NCBI GenBank assembly: GCA_002189035.1
Contig: NEEC01000020.1
Location: 186,001-250,000, forward strand
From: Utricularia gibba
Lineage: Eukaryota > Plantae > Magnoliophyta
Direction of reading: 5' to 3'
DNA: 64,000 bases
Within the stretch, counting starts at the first letter, position 1. Every line of letters starts with the position of its first letter. The translations under genes were made by a program, and so were the position numbers. The notes beneath the pieces are model-generated. The model searched no databases and was not told the DNA's origin. It saw nothing but the letters and a program-made list of their open reading frames with translations. Positions 25,805 to 38,187 of this stretch are shown here, one piece after another.

Positions 25805-27181
25805 ATGGCTCCCCCTCGAAGAAGCGACTGCTACTTTCGTCGCATGCTGTCGCTTCTCCATGATCACCAGCATCGCCGCCGTGTGGTTCAACAGGTTCAC
25901 GCCCGTTTTCTAGCTCTTGGTGTGGAAGATATCGGCCTCTGGAACTCGATCATCAAGCACTACGCGCTTCAGCTGCTCCCGCAAGAAGCCATCTCCGTGT
26001 TCAAGTTTCTGAAAGGCCGATCTGCCCGTCTGCCCTTCAACAGCTTCACCTACTCTTATCTCGTGAAATCCTGTGCCAATTCGAAGGCGTCCGCGTCTGG
26101 GCGTCAGTTTCACTGCTTATGTACGAAGGTGGGGTTTCATGCGCATGTTCATATTCAAACGGCGCTGGTGAATATGTACGTGGAAGGTGGGCGGTTGGTG
26201 GAAGCACGGCGAGTGTTCGACGAAATGCCGGAGAGAAATTTGGTATCGTGGAACGTCTTGGTGACCGGGCTTGCGAAATGGGGTGAGATTGGAATGGCGA
26301 GGGATGTGTTTGATGTGATGCCAGAGAGGAATGCGGTGTCCTGGACAGGACTCATTGATGGGTACACAAGGCTGCGGCAGTTCGATCAAGCTTTGACGCT
26401 GTTCAGAAGGATGGTGGTTGACGAAGGGGTTAAACCGACGGAAGTGACTCTTCTGGCCATATTTCCTACAGTATGGAATGTTGGGTTGCCTAGGTTTTGC
26501 CAAGTGCTTCATGCTTACATTGATAAATGCGGTTTTAATGCGTGTGACGTTCGTGTTGTGAACTGCCTGATCGATGCATATGCAAAATGTGGGAGTTTGG
26601 AAAGTGCAGATGCAGTTTTCGAAGGCATGACTAGTACAAGAAGAAACTTGGTTTCATGGACATCCATCATCGCTGCATATGCAGCTTATGGGTTGGCAAA
26701 GGAAGCTTCACACTATTTCCAAAGAATGGAGAGTGAGGGTATGAAGCCCAACAGAATCACTTTTCTAACACTTGTGAACGCTTGTAGCCATGGTGGTTTG
26801 GTGGACAAGGGCCTCGAGTTTTATCAAAAAATGATTTGTGACTATGACATCTCACCTGACATAAAGCTTTATGGATGTTTAATAGACATGCTGGGAAGGG
26901 CAGGAAGGTTAGAAGAAGCAGAGAGAGTGGCCCTGAGCATTCCTCGTGAAATGGTGAATGTGATCATCTGGAGGACACTTTTGGGTGCGTGTAGCTTTCA
27001 TGGCAACGTTGACATGGGAGAGAGAATAACAAGGAAGATAATGGAGATGGAGAGCAACTATGGAGGTGACTATGTTCTTATATCCAATATATTTTCTAAT
27101 GCTGGAAGATTCACAGACTCAGAAAACATCAGAAGCCAAATGGATGAGGGGAATGCTTACAAGCTCCCGGAGTTACGTTAG
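25805..27181 (+). CDS. PLS-E class PPR protein, At1g09220-like, single exon of 458 aa
   Basis: An intact ORF with PPR motifs (ERNLVSWNVLVTG, LIDAYAKCG, YGCLIDMLGRAG) and an E domain (WRTLLGAC..GGDYVLISNI). The last residues (KLPELR*) may be frameshifted from KLPG.. Confidence 0.93.
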   Translation: MAPPRRSDCYFRRMLSLLHDHQHRRRVVQQVHARFLALGVEDIGLWNSIIKHYALQLLPQEAISVFKFLKGRSARLPFNSFTYSYLVKSCANSKASASGRQFHCLCTKVGFHAHVHIQTALVNMYVEGGRLVEARRVFDEMPERNLVSWNVLVTGLAKWGEIGMARDVFDVMPERNAVSWTGLIDGYTRLRQFDQALTLFRRMVVDEGVKPTEVTLLAIFPTVWNVGLPRFCQVLHAYIDKCGFNACDVRVVNCLIDAYAKCGSLESADAVFEGMTSTRRNLVSWTSIIAAYAAYGLAKEASHYFQRMESEGMKPNRITFLTLVNACSHGGLVDKGLEFYQKMICDYDISPDIKLYGCLIDMLGRAGRLEEAERVALSIPREMVNVIIWRTLLGACSFHGNVDMGERITRKIMEMESNYGGDYVLISNIFSNAGRFTDSENIRSQMDEGNAYKLPELR

Positions 27182-27509
27182 GTTAGTTTGCTCGGGATTC
27201 GAGTTCGATGATGTACATGAATGAATCAGAAGCATCACACTCAGATGATCACAAGTCTGTGCTATGTGAAAACAGAAGAGAAATCTACAAACTAAAAGCT
27301 TGTGTCGATATCATCAGCCAGCGAATGCTGTAGCAAAAGCGCCAAGTTTTGGCCACTGCAGCAACTAGTAAATCCTGAAGTATCCTTTTGGTAATAAGGC
27401 AGGGTGCTATTCTGAAGAATAAGCTATGATTTTGAAAGAATAAAGCCAGCAAATCTCCGGAGAGACCTGCAAATCAATCATGAAACCAGAGGACTGGAGA
27501 GAGTCCCTG

Positions 27510-30371
27510 TCAATGCCATAGTTTGAAGCATAATCCTGAGGGTGCTGCGGAGCTTGCTGTATTTGATATAAGATCAGAAAAAGTGTCCACTAGTTGTCCA
27601 GCCAGAGACTCGGGATCTTCACTGAACATATCTAAGAAAACCTTCACTACTCTTATCTCACGGGAAGTCGCCCGTAAGCTGTACCATGTCAAGAATTTCT
27701 GCCTGAATGCAGTTTCAATATGGCCGCCTTGCTCCAGCCATCGTATTGCTTTCACGCAATACTCGAAATCTTTGTCATCAACACCTTTTTGTTCATCATT
27801 CTGACTTTCTCCGTTCTGCTTCTTGGATGAGCTGCCTGCCTGTGCCTGAGGCTCCTCTTCCTGCTTGGGGACTGCTTCAACACACTTCCCGTTGGCCTTT
27901 TTTCCGTTCTTCCTTTTGAGGGTGCCGTTTTCCATCTCCGTTTTGCATGTCACGATTCTTCGGCTGCCTTCCGAGCCATCTCTGCGAGGGAAACATTCCA
28001 AGCCTAGAATACGAGGCAAGTTCAGACCACTATCTGTGCTCGCTGCTCCCACTGTTTTGCCATTTGATAACTGTCTATGGTTAGTGTCACCCTTCTGAGT
28101 GCAGCCAAGTTTCCTAATATTCTGCTCATCTTCATGCAGCAAGCACTGCTTGGTTCTCTCAGCAATGGGGTCCACGTTATCCATCTCATATTCCATGGAA
28201 GGATTCGAGAGACTGCTACAGTTGGTAGCCGAGCTCTGGATGGTTTCTAGATCCGTACACTTGGAGTCCAGATTCCTAACTTCACATCCAGTCTTCCTCG
28301 TTCTGAACTGTGACTCTGACGCCAACATCTCTCCTTCATGATCCACAGCAGCCACCTTGAGAAAATACTGTGTTTCCGGAGTAAGACCGGAAAGCCGAAT
28401 ACTTGTCTGGGGTGGAAATAATCTGGCTGTTGGTTCGGATGGATAGTCAGCATCATCAGCTTTTCGATGCCATACCATGTATCCTGAAGTGTTTTCCTTG
28501 CTCGAATCATCGAGATTAAGGGACATTGTAATCGACGAAGCGCAAACATCTTCGAATCTGAATAGTTTCAAGGGAAGCATGTTGGCATCTGCACGATGCA
28601 CATCAGCAGCAGTGGATGATACACAAGCCGAGCCAAAAACAAAAGATGCAGATTTCATGGGAAGTGTGGTGCAAGAAAGCTTACACAGAGACGAATCGGA
28701 CGCTCCTGCGGCGAGCAGCAAGTCCAAAGACTCAACTGCGGAAGCACAAAGTTTCTGAATATCTGGGCCTGATGAGAGGCGGTTAACTATACCTCTAGCC
28801 ATCTTTACAGGAAGACCAGTAAGAGGGCCTACTTCATCTTCAAGCTTCTCCACAGCTTCTTCAAGTATTTCATGGAGGTTTTTGTACAGTTTAGTACCAG
28901 AAAGAATCTTTTGTGCCAAAGACAGCCTATAGCATAAAATGCCAACTCGCCTCGTGTCCCTAGCAGTGGTCACTTGCTTTCTCCAGGAACTGCAATTTTT
29001 CACACAGGGGTTGAGTAAGAGCAGAAGAAATAAAACCCCAGCAAGGAAAGACCTTTACCACAACAGATCATTGAGTTTCCCACATGAGAAACAATAGAAG
29101 CTGCCATCCAGAGCATTATTCTCCTTCGAGATGCCTGAGGTTTGATGTTGTAAGGTACATTCAAGATGGCATGACACATTGCATGATATCCCATGAAATG
29201 GGGGATCAGAGTTGCAGGTCAACCACAGGCTTGGGTCCTTGTTATCATCGTATTTCCGGCAAATACAGCAAGAACACCTTTTGCAGAATGCATGGCCACG
29301 ATTCATTTTCGCTTTGCAAGCTGAATTCTTGCAGTAGACACTCTCACCTGAATCTGCATCCATAGAGTTCAAGGCAGTGTTTGGAAGAGTCAGATGAGAA
29401 GGATGGTCAGTCTTCCTTTGCCTTTTGGGAGTCCGCCCACCATTTTCAGAAGTAATGTGCAGTTCGGAGCCACTCGGAGTCCCTGGCTCCTGCAACTTCT
29501 TCTGGTCCACAATCTTCAGAAGAAGCTCAATTATCTTGGACTTGGTCAAGCTGGTGTACTTCCTCTCCTTCCCCAGCTCTGCACAGAGGACCTGCAGGAT
29601 CTCCTGCCGGCTCCAAGCATTCAGCATCTCCGTCGCATCATCCGACCACTTCGACATGCCGTAGACCAACTCTCTCTTCTGATCCAAACTCAACTTACTG
29701 CACTTGGATGGATCATACACCAGCTCTGATCCCAGATCATGAAGCAGCATCCAACAGTGTAAGCAAACAGATGACAGCAGACTCCCAAAACATCAATGAA
29801 AACAATCAAGCCCCCCGATGCAGTCAAGAACAGAAGTAGCAGACTCATGAAAGAAGCTGTAATCACAGAGCTCCCACAACACCAGTCTATTATGACTTCT
29901 AAGGAGAACTGGTCAGCATACCAGAAAACCTCCAAAGTGGACAATTCTCGAGAGAGGTTTTCATCTTCAACAGCATTCACACAGAGCAATAAGCACACCA
30001 GAGCAAAAGAAAAAGGTGAATTCCTAACCACTAACTCGCATTCAAAGGCCAATCTATGCCCTCTTCTACGCAGAGCAATCACAGGAATGAAAGACAAGAG
30101 CAGAAGAGAAAAAAAGGCGTTGGTTCATCTTCATAGAAAATCAATTCAACAAGAACCGAATCATGGGGTTAAGTCAACCCATGGAACAGATCGACCCACA
30201 AAAGAAAAACCCCAAAAAAATCCGATCTTTTTTCCTTTTAGGAAATGAACCCATCAGTAAACCGAATCCCTTATGCCCAAAAACCGCATCTTCGACACCA
30301 CAATCCCCAAGAACAACAAAAACGAAGAAAATCGGAGTAAATCCCTTACCTTCCAAGGCAGAAGCATCCAT
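27510..30371 (-). CDS. VIL2: VIN3-like protein (PHD-Oberon, FNIII and VID domains), 3 exons (about 30371-30350, 29725-29059, 28991-27510)
   Basis: MDASALE|..YDPSKCSKLSLDQKRELVY..WSRQEILQVLCAELGKERKY; PHD CKRCSCCICRKYDDNKDPSLWLTC; WRKQ..ARDTRRVGILCYRL; C-terminal FEYCVKAIRWLEQGGHIETAFRQKFLTWYSLRA..LWH. Confidence 0.93.
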
Positions 30372-30501
30372 GGCCGATGTTTATCTTCCCCTCCCCGTCA
30401 AGAGGCCGCTCACATTAGCAACTGCAGGGGAGAAAAAGACTATCCAACAACACCCCACATCAGAAAACAAAAAAAAAAAAAAAAGTGTGAGAACTGAGGC
30501 G

Positions 30502-30522
30502 GAGAGAGAGAGAGAGAGAGAG
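30502..30522. repeat. (GA)n microsatellite in the 5' region of the VIN3-like gene
   Basis: gagagagag.. about 10 units, read directly. Confidence 0.85.
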
Positions 30523-31711
30523 CGAATACCAAGAAAGAAATACATGAAAGATGGGTCCTTTTGACATGGGCTTTGGACGAAACTCTTCATTTTTTTTTGT
30601 TTTCCCTTGGTTTCGTTTTTATACGCAACAGATACCACACCATACGAATCACATGTTGTCGTTGGTTGTGCTTTTGCCCTCCCCTCTTTTCTCTCCCGAC
30701 TCCAGTTTTTTTCTTTTTTTAATTGAGACCTGAAAGAGATGGGCAGTTAAGGAGGAGACGAAGGTACAAAGGTAAAAAAGGCGGCTGACTGTACAAACGC
30801 TTTCAGCCCTCCCTGCCTCTGCCTCTGCCTCTGCCTCCTCCCCCCACTCTAACCTAACCTGTGTCACCCACTCTCCACTTCCATATTTTTCCTCATTTAT
30901 TTATATTCATTCAAATATAAATATAATATGATGTCTTCGGTTTATAAGGAACTATATCCATTTGATAGAGGCGTGCTTGCTATGGAAGGAAACCCCAATT
31001 CTACTTGACCAATATCCCCAATTCGACTTGAGTACTATGTCGAACAAATGTGAATTGAACCCTTAGAACATTTTTACTCATTTTTTAAAATATTGATGTC
31101 GCACTTTCGTAAATGAATAAATGTTTTCGGAAATGAGTAAAATTTTTTCTCATTTCTTTCGAAAACAAAGATGAGTAAATCTGATTTTCTTTCGAAATGA
31201 TTTAAAATATAGTTTGTAATATTTATTTTAATATTACGATTTTTGAAAATAAATACAAATAAAAAAAATTTAATACAGTAAATTTAATAACTCAATTTCT
31301 GAAAATGTCATATCAGCATTTTCGGAAATTGGTAAAGATGCTCTTAATTTACTCAAAAACGGTTACTAGGGGCTAACATGATAGAAACTTTGTATGGGGA
31401 GTTTGATAATGAGTGTTCATCGCCCATGTGTCCACATAGTGAGACTATACCAAGTTGTTGTTGTTTCCCTTCTAATTTAACGAGAGTTGATAGCTTCTCA
31501 TCCAAATATGAAAATTTAATACACGTTTGAAAGACATAATCAATTCTATTATTATTGATTCTCAATAGAATTGATTTTGATAATTTCCAAACGTTGATTA
31601 TATCTCTACTATAAGAGATTTGGTCATGATAGACTGCAGATCATGAAATATTGTCTTCTTCTCCTACTATGCAACCAATTTGAATTTTTTTAGGATTATC
31701 ATCAATTTGTC

Positions 31712-31713
<2 letters not shown>

Positions 31714-31753
<40 letters not shown>

Positions 31754-31763
31754 TATTATTATT
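31714..31763. repeat. (ATT)n microsatellite
   Basis: About 16 ATT units with one ACT interruption, in an AT-rich intergenic region. Confidence 0.92.
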
Positions 31764-33953
31764 TTCTAAAAAATTGTATTTTAAGCACTTAATGTTTCAA
31801 AAAAAACACAAAAGCATTAAAATCCTCAAACACTAGTAACAACGTTCAATATATACGTGATTTATAAAATATTTACATAATTTCTCCAATCACATTTTTA
31901 TAACTATTCATTTACATTAGTTTTAATTTTTTAAAAAAACAGATCAATTAAATATACTAATATTTTAAATATATATTTAAAGACACACATATCTACTAGA
32001 GATGGTTTCAATTAAAACTATATAATGCATATTATTAATTAAATACTCCCCTAACTAAATCATTGCAATTGCCTTAAAAAATGTAATTAAATCATTTGGG
32101 AAATTGAAATTCATAACAAAAATTCTGAGACTTTAATTTGTGGGTGGTGTCCAAAAATTACACAAATATGAGGAAAAAGCAATAAATGTAGGCAATGCCA
32201 AATCCTTAATGTGTGGGGACCATCAAATCATTGACCTGAGCTGTGCATTTCATAAATATAAACAGTGCCTCTCAACTTCCAATTAATTGCATCTTTCTCC
32301 CCGTTTATATTTAATATTTTCATAAATGCCCAAAATCCCACTTTTAATCAATTAGTTATTAATACTTTTCTCTGGAAAGCCCTCTTTGTCCGCAGGCCCA
32401 ATAAAAGCCCAGCTTCTAGGGGCGAGTTTTGCGGCATTTTCATAAGTTCAGGGGCTAAAGCGAGAAATGAGTTTTTCTAAGGGAGGGATAATTGATTTTT
32501 TAAAACTATAAAAAATGGGCCGTACGCTGTTACGTAGCCCATCATGGAGTAATATGAAGGCCCAATAATGACAAACCAAGCCCACTACACAGTTCGTCGA
32601 TTTTGATTCCAATTTAACCCATGAATTTGTAATCCTAAACTTCAATAGAAAAGGGGTAAGATTATCAATTCCACCATTTTCAAATGCTTAGATTGCTCGT
32701 CATAACTAAAATGTAGAGACGAGCTTCGAAACGGCATGTATCCAAATAAACTAAAAACATTGCATCTAGATTGAATGACAATGTGGTTGTGTGAGGTTTC
32801 TTCAAGCATTCATATTCATGCATTTAGATATCATTGCATTCTCCACTTTAGAAAATGAATTTGGCGGGTCGGGTCGGCGAGGGGTTTTTTTATCGGGTCT
32901 CCTTGTAGGGCGGCAGAAAAAAAGGGTAGGCCACCGGGCCCACACACACCTCAAACGTCGCCATTTCAATTTGTCGTCCCCAGGGACGCAGACCGCCCCA
33001 ACGACGTTACGTCAGCGTCTTTTGGTGAATATTTATTAAAAAAAGTAATTATTGTTATCGAAAATTCGTTCTCATCATTTTTCTTAAAAAAAATAATTCA
33101 TATTAAGATAAAAAAAAAATTAATATAAAAAATTATCAAATATATCACGTATATCTCACCATATGCTGATTGCTTTCAATATAAGGTGAGGGGCTCCATT
33201 ATATAAGATCATACTTTTCATAGTACTTCAGATTGGTTATACATGAAAAATAATATGTATTTAAATAAACAGAAATTGATAATCTTGTATGAATCTTTTT
33301 TTTTCAAAAGATGAAAATCTAAAACATAAGTATTCAATATCCGAAACTAGCAATATCATACAGAATTAGCATGAATCATTACATTTGAAAAAGATAAGAT
33401 ACTTTTATGATATCTCACATTGATTATAAATATATGTGAGAACGAGTCTAAGTATAATTATCACGTAAATTTTGCATGATTTCACACCTTCATATTTAGT
33501 AATAGATAGTTTTGAGATCGCATGGTATGTATGAATTATTTTTTAAAAAAACGATATACCATCCAATCCCATCGGATAAATTAATCTATGATAAACATTA
33601 ATTTTATAGTTGAAACCGAGCACATTATTGGTGGCCGGAGGGGTAGATTAGGAATTTGGAAATGCGAAAAATGGACGGGTGTTATAAGGAAAGGTGTGGT
33701 GTGGTCTGGGGAGGAGGACGGAGGTACCATCGGATTCCGGGAGCACAGCATCAGTAAGAAGAGAGGTCTGGCAGGGCGAGTGGTCCTCCTCCACTGTCTT
33801 CTTTCGACGGGCAACTGTGTGGTGCTTTTCTCTGGTGCGCCGACGACACATCATGGACTCACTGCCAACGGAAAAAAGGGAAAACAATGGTGACGACTGT
33901 TCCTACACTTGCAACACATGGTGATGATGATGACGATGATGGGTGCAAAAAAC

Positions 33954-35458
33954 TCAAGCCTCCGGATCTCTCTTCTCGTCGGGACAATCGGAGCCGTCGT
34001 CGGGGTTCTCCAGTGGCCGTTTCTCCTGCTCTTCGTCTTCGACTTGGTCGGGTTCCTGATCCCTTGACTGCCATCCCTGTTCTGTTCACCTCTAGTTCTG
34101 AGTTCCTCCATGAGTTCCTGGACGGCCCTTTTCCTGTCGCGGCGGTGCTTTATCAGCAACTCGCTCACGTCCGCCGGGGTGATCACTGCGGAGTCGATGA
34201 CGGCTTCCATCTCAGAGAGGACTGCAGGAGGCAGATCGCTGTCCTGGAACCCGAGATAGTTGCTGAGGAGTATTTGCAGGGACTGGAAAGAGCAGTAGCT
34301 CATGTGGATGTGCATGTCCATTCGGCCGCTTCTGAGCAGCGCCGGGTCGAGCTTCTCGATGTGGTTCGTGGTGAAGACGAAGATGCGTTCGCTGCCGCAG
34401 CAGGACCATAAGCCGTCTGTGAAATTGAGAAGCCCTGATAGGGTGATTGTGCTGCTGGCTTTGTCCTCGATGGGGATCGCGGGTAGGTCGTAGGAGCTCC
34501 GCCGCGAGGCCGGGTTGCTGACGCCGGAATTGTTGTTGATCCGGTTGGTTAAGTTGATGGAGCAATCGATGTCTTCGATGACGATGATGGATTTCGCCGT
34601 GGTTTTCATCAAGAGCTTCCTCAATTCGGAGTTGGTGGTCACTTCCGTCAGTTCCAGATCGTAGATGTCGTACCGGAGGAAATTCGCCATCGCTGCTATC
34701 ATGCTTGATTTCCCGGTCCCCGGAGGGCCGTACAGCAGATACCCACGTTTCCAGGCCCGCCCAGTTTTCTGATAGAAGGCTTCGCCATTTACGAAATCCT
34801 CGAGATCGGCCATGATTTCAGATTTCTTCAGGGGGTCCATGGCCAGGGTGTCGAAGGTGCTCGGGTGCTTGAACGGGACGGATTCCCAGGGATGGCCCCG
34901 TGAATCTAAAGAGCCGCCTCTGGAATTGGTGTACAGCAACCGGTCCTGATTTTTCCGGCGCAGTTCGTTCGCCTTCTCCGTCACGAACTCGAGATACGAG
35001 TTGAGCACCAGCTGCTTGTCTTCCTTCCTCACTCGCAGAACAAACCCCCTCTTCTCCTCCGGCAACGGCCGCCACGTGAAGCTCTGGGCCTGCCTCGCCG
35101 CCACGATGTGCTCCCACTCGACGGTGACTCCCTGGTAGGTATCCACAAGGCGGTCGTTGTTCGAGAGCCCGAAAGTGATGGCGGAGGAGTTCAGGCCCCG
35201 GGTCAGGCTGAGCCGCGTCCCGGCGACGGACGCCGAGGAACTGAGGTAAATCTGAACCGCGTTGTAGAGCTCGTTCGTGTTCACACCGTCGATCTCCGTG
35301 ATATCGTAGTAGCAGTACGAAGAAAGATAACTGAAGAAGTGCCTGCAGAATTTGACGGCCGCGAAACGCAGCTCCGGCGGGAACACCGTGCTCAATAGGC
35401 TCTGAAAGAAAGCCCACGCGCCCATCATCGACGCCACAGTCGTCAAGAGCTCCTTCAT
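33954..35458 (-). CDS. BCS1-like plant AAA-ATPase (AAA_assoc + AAA; At4g25835/At5g57480-like), single exon; true stop inferred at 33954-33956 after a frameshift at about 34061
   Basis: WESVPFKHPSTFDTLAMDP, GRAWKRGYLLYGPPGTGKSSMIAAMAN, IIVIEDIDCS, TLSGLLNFTDGLWS and DPALLRSGRMDMHI. The family-type acidic tail VEDEEQEKRPLE lies in the shifted frame. Confidence 0.94.
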
Positions 35459-36894
35459 CGGAGAGACCCTTTCCGGCGAGGCGAATGTAAAAATGGGAAA
35501 TGAAGAATAATCTTCACTTCTAGAAGGACATTTTTGCAGAGGAACAATTTTTTTTTAATGTCACATTTATTTCCTTTTAACCTTTTTATAATTCAAAAAA
35601 AAATACAAATAAAAAAAAACATTTTCAAAGATCTGAAACTGCATATTCCACAGCTATATCTCCTTTCCCCATGTGAATCTTCCAATAAATTCCCCTAACC
35701 TAAGTTTTTGGTATCAATACGACATTCGTGTAAATGTTTTATTTACATGTTTTTTTTTAGACAATATCGTATAAGAAGAACAACATTTAATATCATATCC
35801 GAACCTAGGATATTAATCCCACATCGATTGCGTATGAGATAACGAAGAATCTCATACAAAATAAATATTCTAGATTTTTATGTTTTAGAAAAAACTATAA
35901 AATCTCAATTTTTTAATTTTTAAAAAATATTTATCAAAAGTTAATTTTCTCTAGATAAACTATATACAAAGCATATAATATTGTAAAATGAGAATGAAGA
36001 TGATGATATGGTAAATTACAAAAGTAGGTAATTTTATCCTATATGTAAAAAAAATTTCTGAATATGCGTCCAACTTTCTAAATGAGAGGATTATGACATA
36101 TATAGAAATAATTCGATATCGGTTTCCATTCAGTTTGGGTAAAAAATTATATGTTTTTGTGAAGGGGAGGAGTTATTTTGTAGGGTAAATTGGGAGATGA
36201 AAATGGGGCAGTGGAAGTTGCAGCGGCGTGGGGTAAGTTTTCTACATTGAATTATTTCCCTGGACAGCATCAGCTTTTTGGAATCTTTGCCGACGAATCT
36301 CCACCACTCAACCAAACCTGATCGGAAAACCCGATAGCCCCTCCATGGCTCGCCCCGGATCGGATCGGATCCAAACCCCATCCCTGCATTGCGAGTAGAC
36401 ACTTCCCTCGGGGGTTGTCTGGGTGTCGTCGCAGAAGCAGATAAGAGAAGCTGTCGGCGAATCCGGTTTAGGAGGCCGACCCGGCGGGCGGTGCAAGTGG
36501 CCGCCTCGTCGTCGGAGGCTCCTGTGTGGTGGGCTCTGGTCAGCGGTGAGAAGTTTGAATGGTGTCAGCACCAACTCCATCGTTTCTTTTTGGAATTCCT
36601 TGCAAAATAAAAAATGGAGTGCAAAAAACTATGGATTTTGTGTCTGGTTCTGGTTGGTTTCTTGCTTGGAGTTGGTTAAAATATGTCAGAAAGCACCCAC
36701 GTGGTGCCCGGCCCTTGGGTGCCGAGGAGCCACATCAAGATGCCCGGAGCAGCAGCGGTGGGTGGCCCTTTCCGACTGCCCAAGAGCCACGCCAGCAGAG
36801 GCAATCAACACACAAAAACACAGAATTTATGCAAAAGTGAATAGACAGACAGACAGACAGACAGAGAGGAAGGGAGAGAGGGAGGTTGTTTGCA

Positions 36895-38187
36895 TCATGT
36901 CTTGGGCTTCTCGAAGAGGGCACTGAGGTACACCTCCTTCCTGTCCACGCCCTTGTCGGCCTTCTTCCCGGTATTCCACAGGAGCACCTGGAAGCCCACC
37001 CGCTGGAACATCGGGGCGAAGGTGGCGTTCAGCTGCGTCTCCATGCAGAAGAAATGGTCCAGCCAGAAGAGGCCCCCCGGCCGGAGTATTCTGTACACGT
37101 CGTAGAGGATGAAGTCGAGCATGGTCTCCGGGATCCAGTTGCTCAGCACGTGCATCGAGTGGACGATGTCCAGCGTGTTCTCGAAGAAGGGGAGCCTCTG
37201 GGAGACGGTGGCGTGCACCGACAGCAGCCCTCTGGATGACACGAAGCTGTTGAAGGGGGCGTCGAAGTTCATGGAGGTCGTCAGGATGGTGACGTTGCGC
37301 TCCATCATCCGCGCCGCGAACGTACCGGAGCCACCGCCGATGTCCAGCCCGATCCGGATCGTCCCGTTGGGCTTAAACCCGAGGACCCGATCTATGGTGT
37401 AATCGATGTCTGACCCGGAAACCCATCTGTAGGCCTCCCTCCTCCCCAAGTCGAAGCAGTCCTTACAGTCGAACGTCCCCGGATATCGCCATCTCTGGAT
37501 CAGGCAAGTGTAGTTCTTGCAGGGATACGGATCCCATACCACGCTGGCGTCCGGTGGGACAGCCCACAGGCTCTTCGGGAGCGGAGTCGGCTCGACGTAG
37601 CCGACGGGGGATCTCGAACGGCAGCGCCGGCGCGGCAGCGGCTCGCAGCCCATGAGCATCAGCCGTTGAGCCCAGACGTCGTCCACAGGACACTCCCCTC
37701 CAACCTCGTAACTCATGTACTTCCTAAGCTCATCCTTGAGCTTCAAGCATCTCGCCCCGTACGAGAACATGATCTCGCTCCCCATGTTCTGCGTAGGCCC
37801 AAGAGGGAGCTTGTGAAACCCTAGCGCCAGCTTCACCTCCTCCCCCAAATCCGACAGAGCGTCATCCGCCTCCGTCTTGACAGCCGAGAGAAGCTGCCGA
37901 GCCGACTCAAGTTCGCTCTTCAGTCCTTCAGCGTACGACTGGCTCGCGATCAGCTCGCTCTGCATCTCCCTAAGCCTGACCAGGAGCGCGGCGGAGTCCC
38001 AGGCGTCAGCTTGGAACACCGTTCTCGAACACGAACGCGCGCCGTTGATGAAGTAGATGGTGACCAGATTCGTTATCGCGATGAGCAGCAGAATCTTCAT
38101 CCCAGTCTTGAGGCTGTTCCGAGGGCAAGCCCGCTTCTGCAGCGCAGTATAAGACTCGTCGCAGAAGACGCCGGCAGCAGATTCCAT
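36895..38187 (-). CDS. Probable SAM-dependent methyltransferase (Methyltransf_29, At1g29790-like type II membrane protein), single exon of 430 aa
   Basis: N-terminal TM anchor (ILLLIAITNLVTIY), LMLMGCEPLPRRRC, motif I IRIGLDIGGGSGTFAARM, RLPFFENTLDIVHSMHVLSNW and YRILRPGGLFWLDHFFC. Confidence 0.93.
   Translation of the reverse strand: MESAAGVFCDESYTALQKRACPRNSLKTGMKILLLIAITNLVTIYFINGARSCSRTVFQADAWDSAALLVRLREMQSELIASQSYAEGLKSELESARQLLSAVKTEADDALSDLGEEVKLALGFHKLPLGPTQNMGSEIMFSYGARCLKLKDELRKYMSYEVGGECPVDDVWAQRLMLMGCEPLPRRRCRSRSPVGYVEPTPLPKSLWAVPPDASVVWDPYPCKNYTCLIQRWRYPGTFDCKDCFDLGRREAYRWVSGSDIDYTIDRVLGFKPNGTIRIGLDIGGGSGTFAARMMERNVTILTTSMNFDAPFNSFVSSRGLLSVHATVSQRLPFFENTLDIVHSMHVLSNWIPETMLDFILYDVYRILRPGGLFWLDHFFCMETQLNATFAPMFQRVGFQVLLWNTGKKADKGVDRKEVYLSALFEKPKT

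Noticed and set aside
30900-33560. Possible MITE or TE remnants in the AT-rich gap (e.g. TCGTTCTCA / TGAGAACGA at about 33066 and 33437)
   Set aside because: The inverted matches are only 9-12 bp in very AT-rich DNA, with no TSD; not supportable without a repeat library.
33887-35417. Long alternative-frame and antisense ORFs over the AAA-ATPase (174, 199 and 117 aa)
   Set aside because: These are expected shadow ORFs of a GC-rich single-exon gene and have no recognisable motifs.
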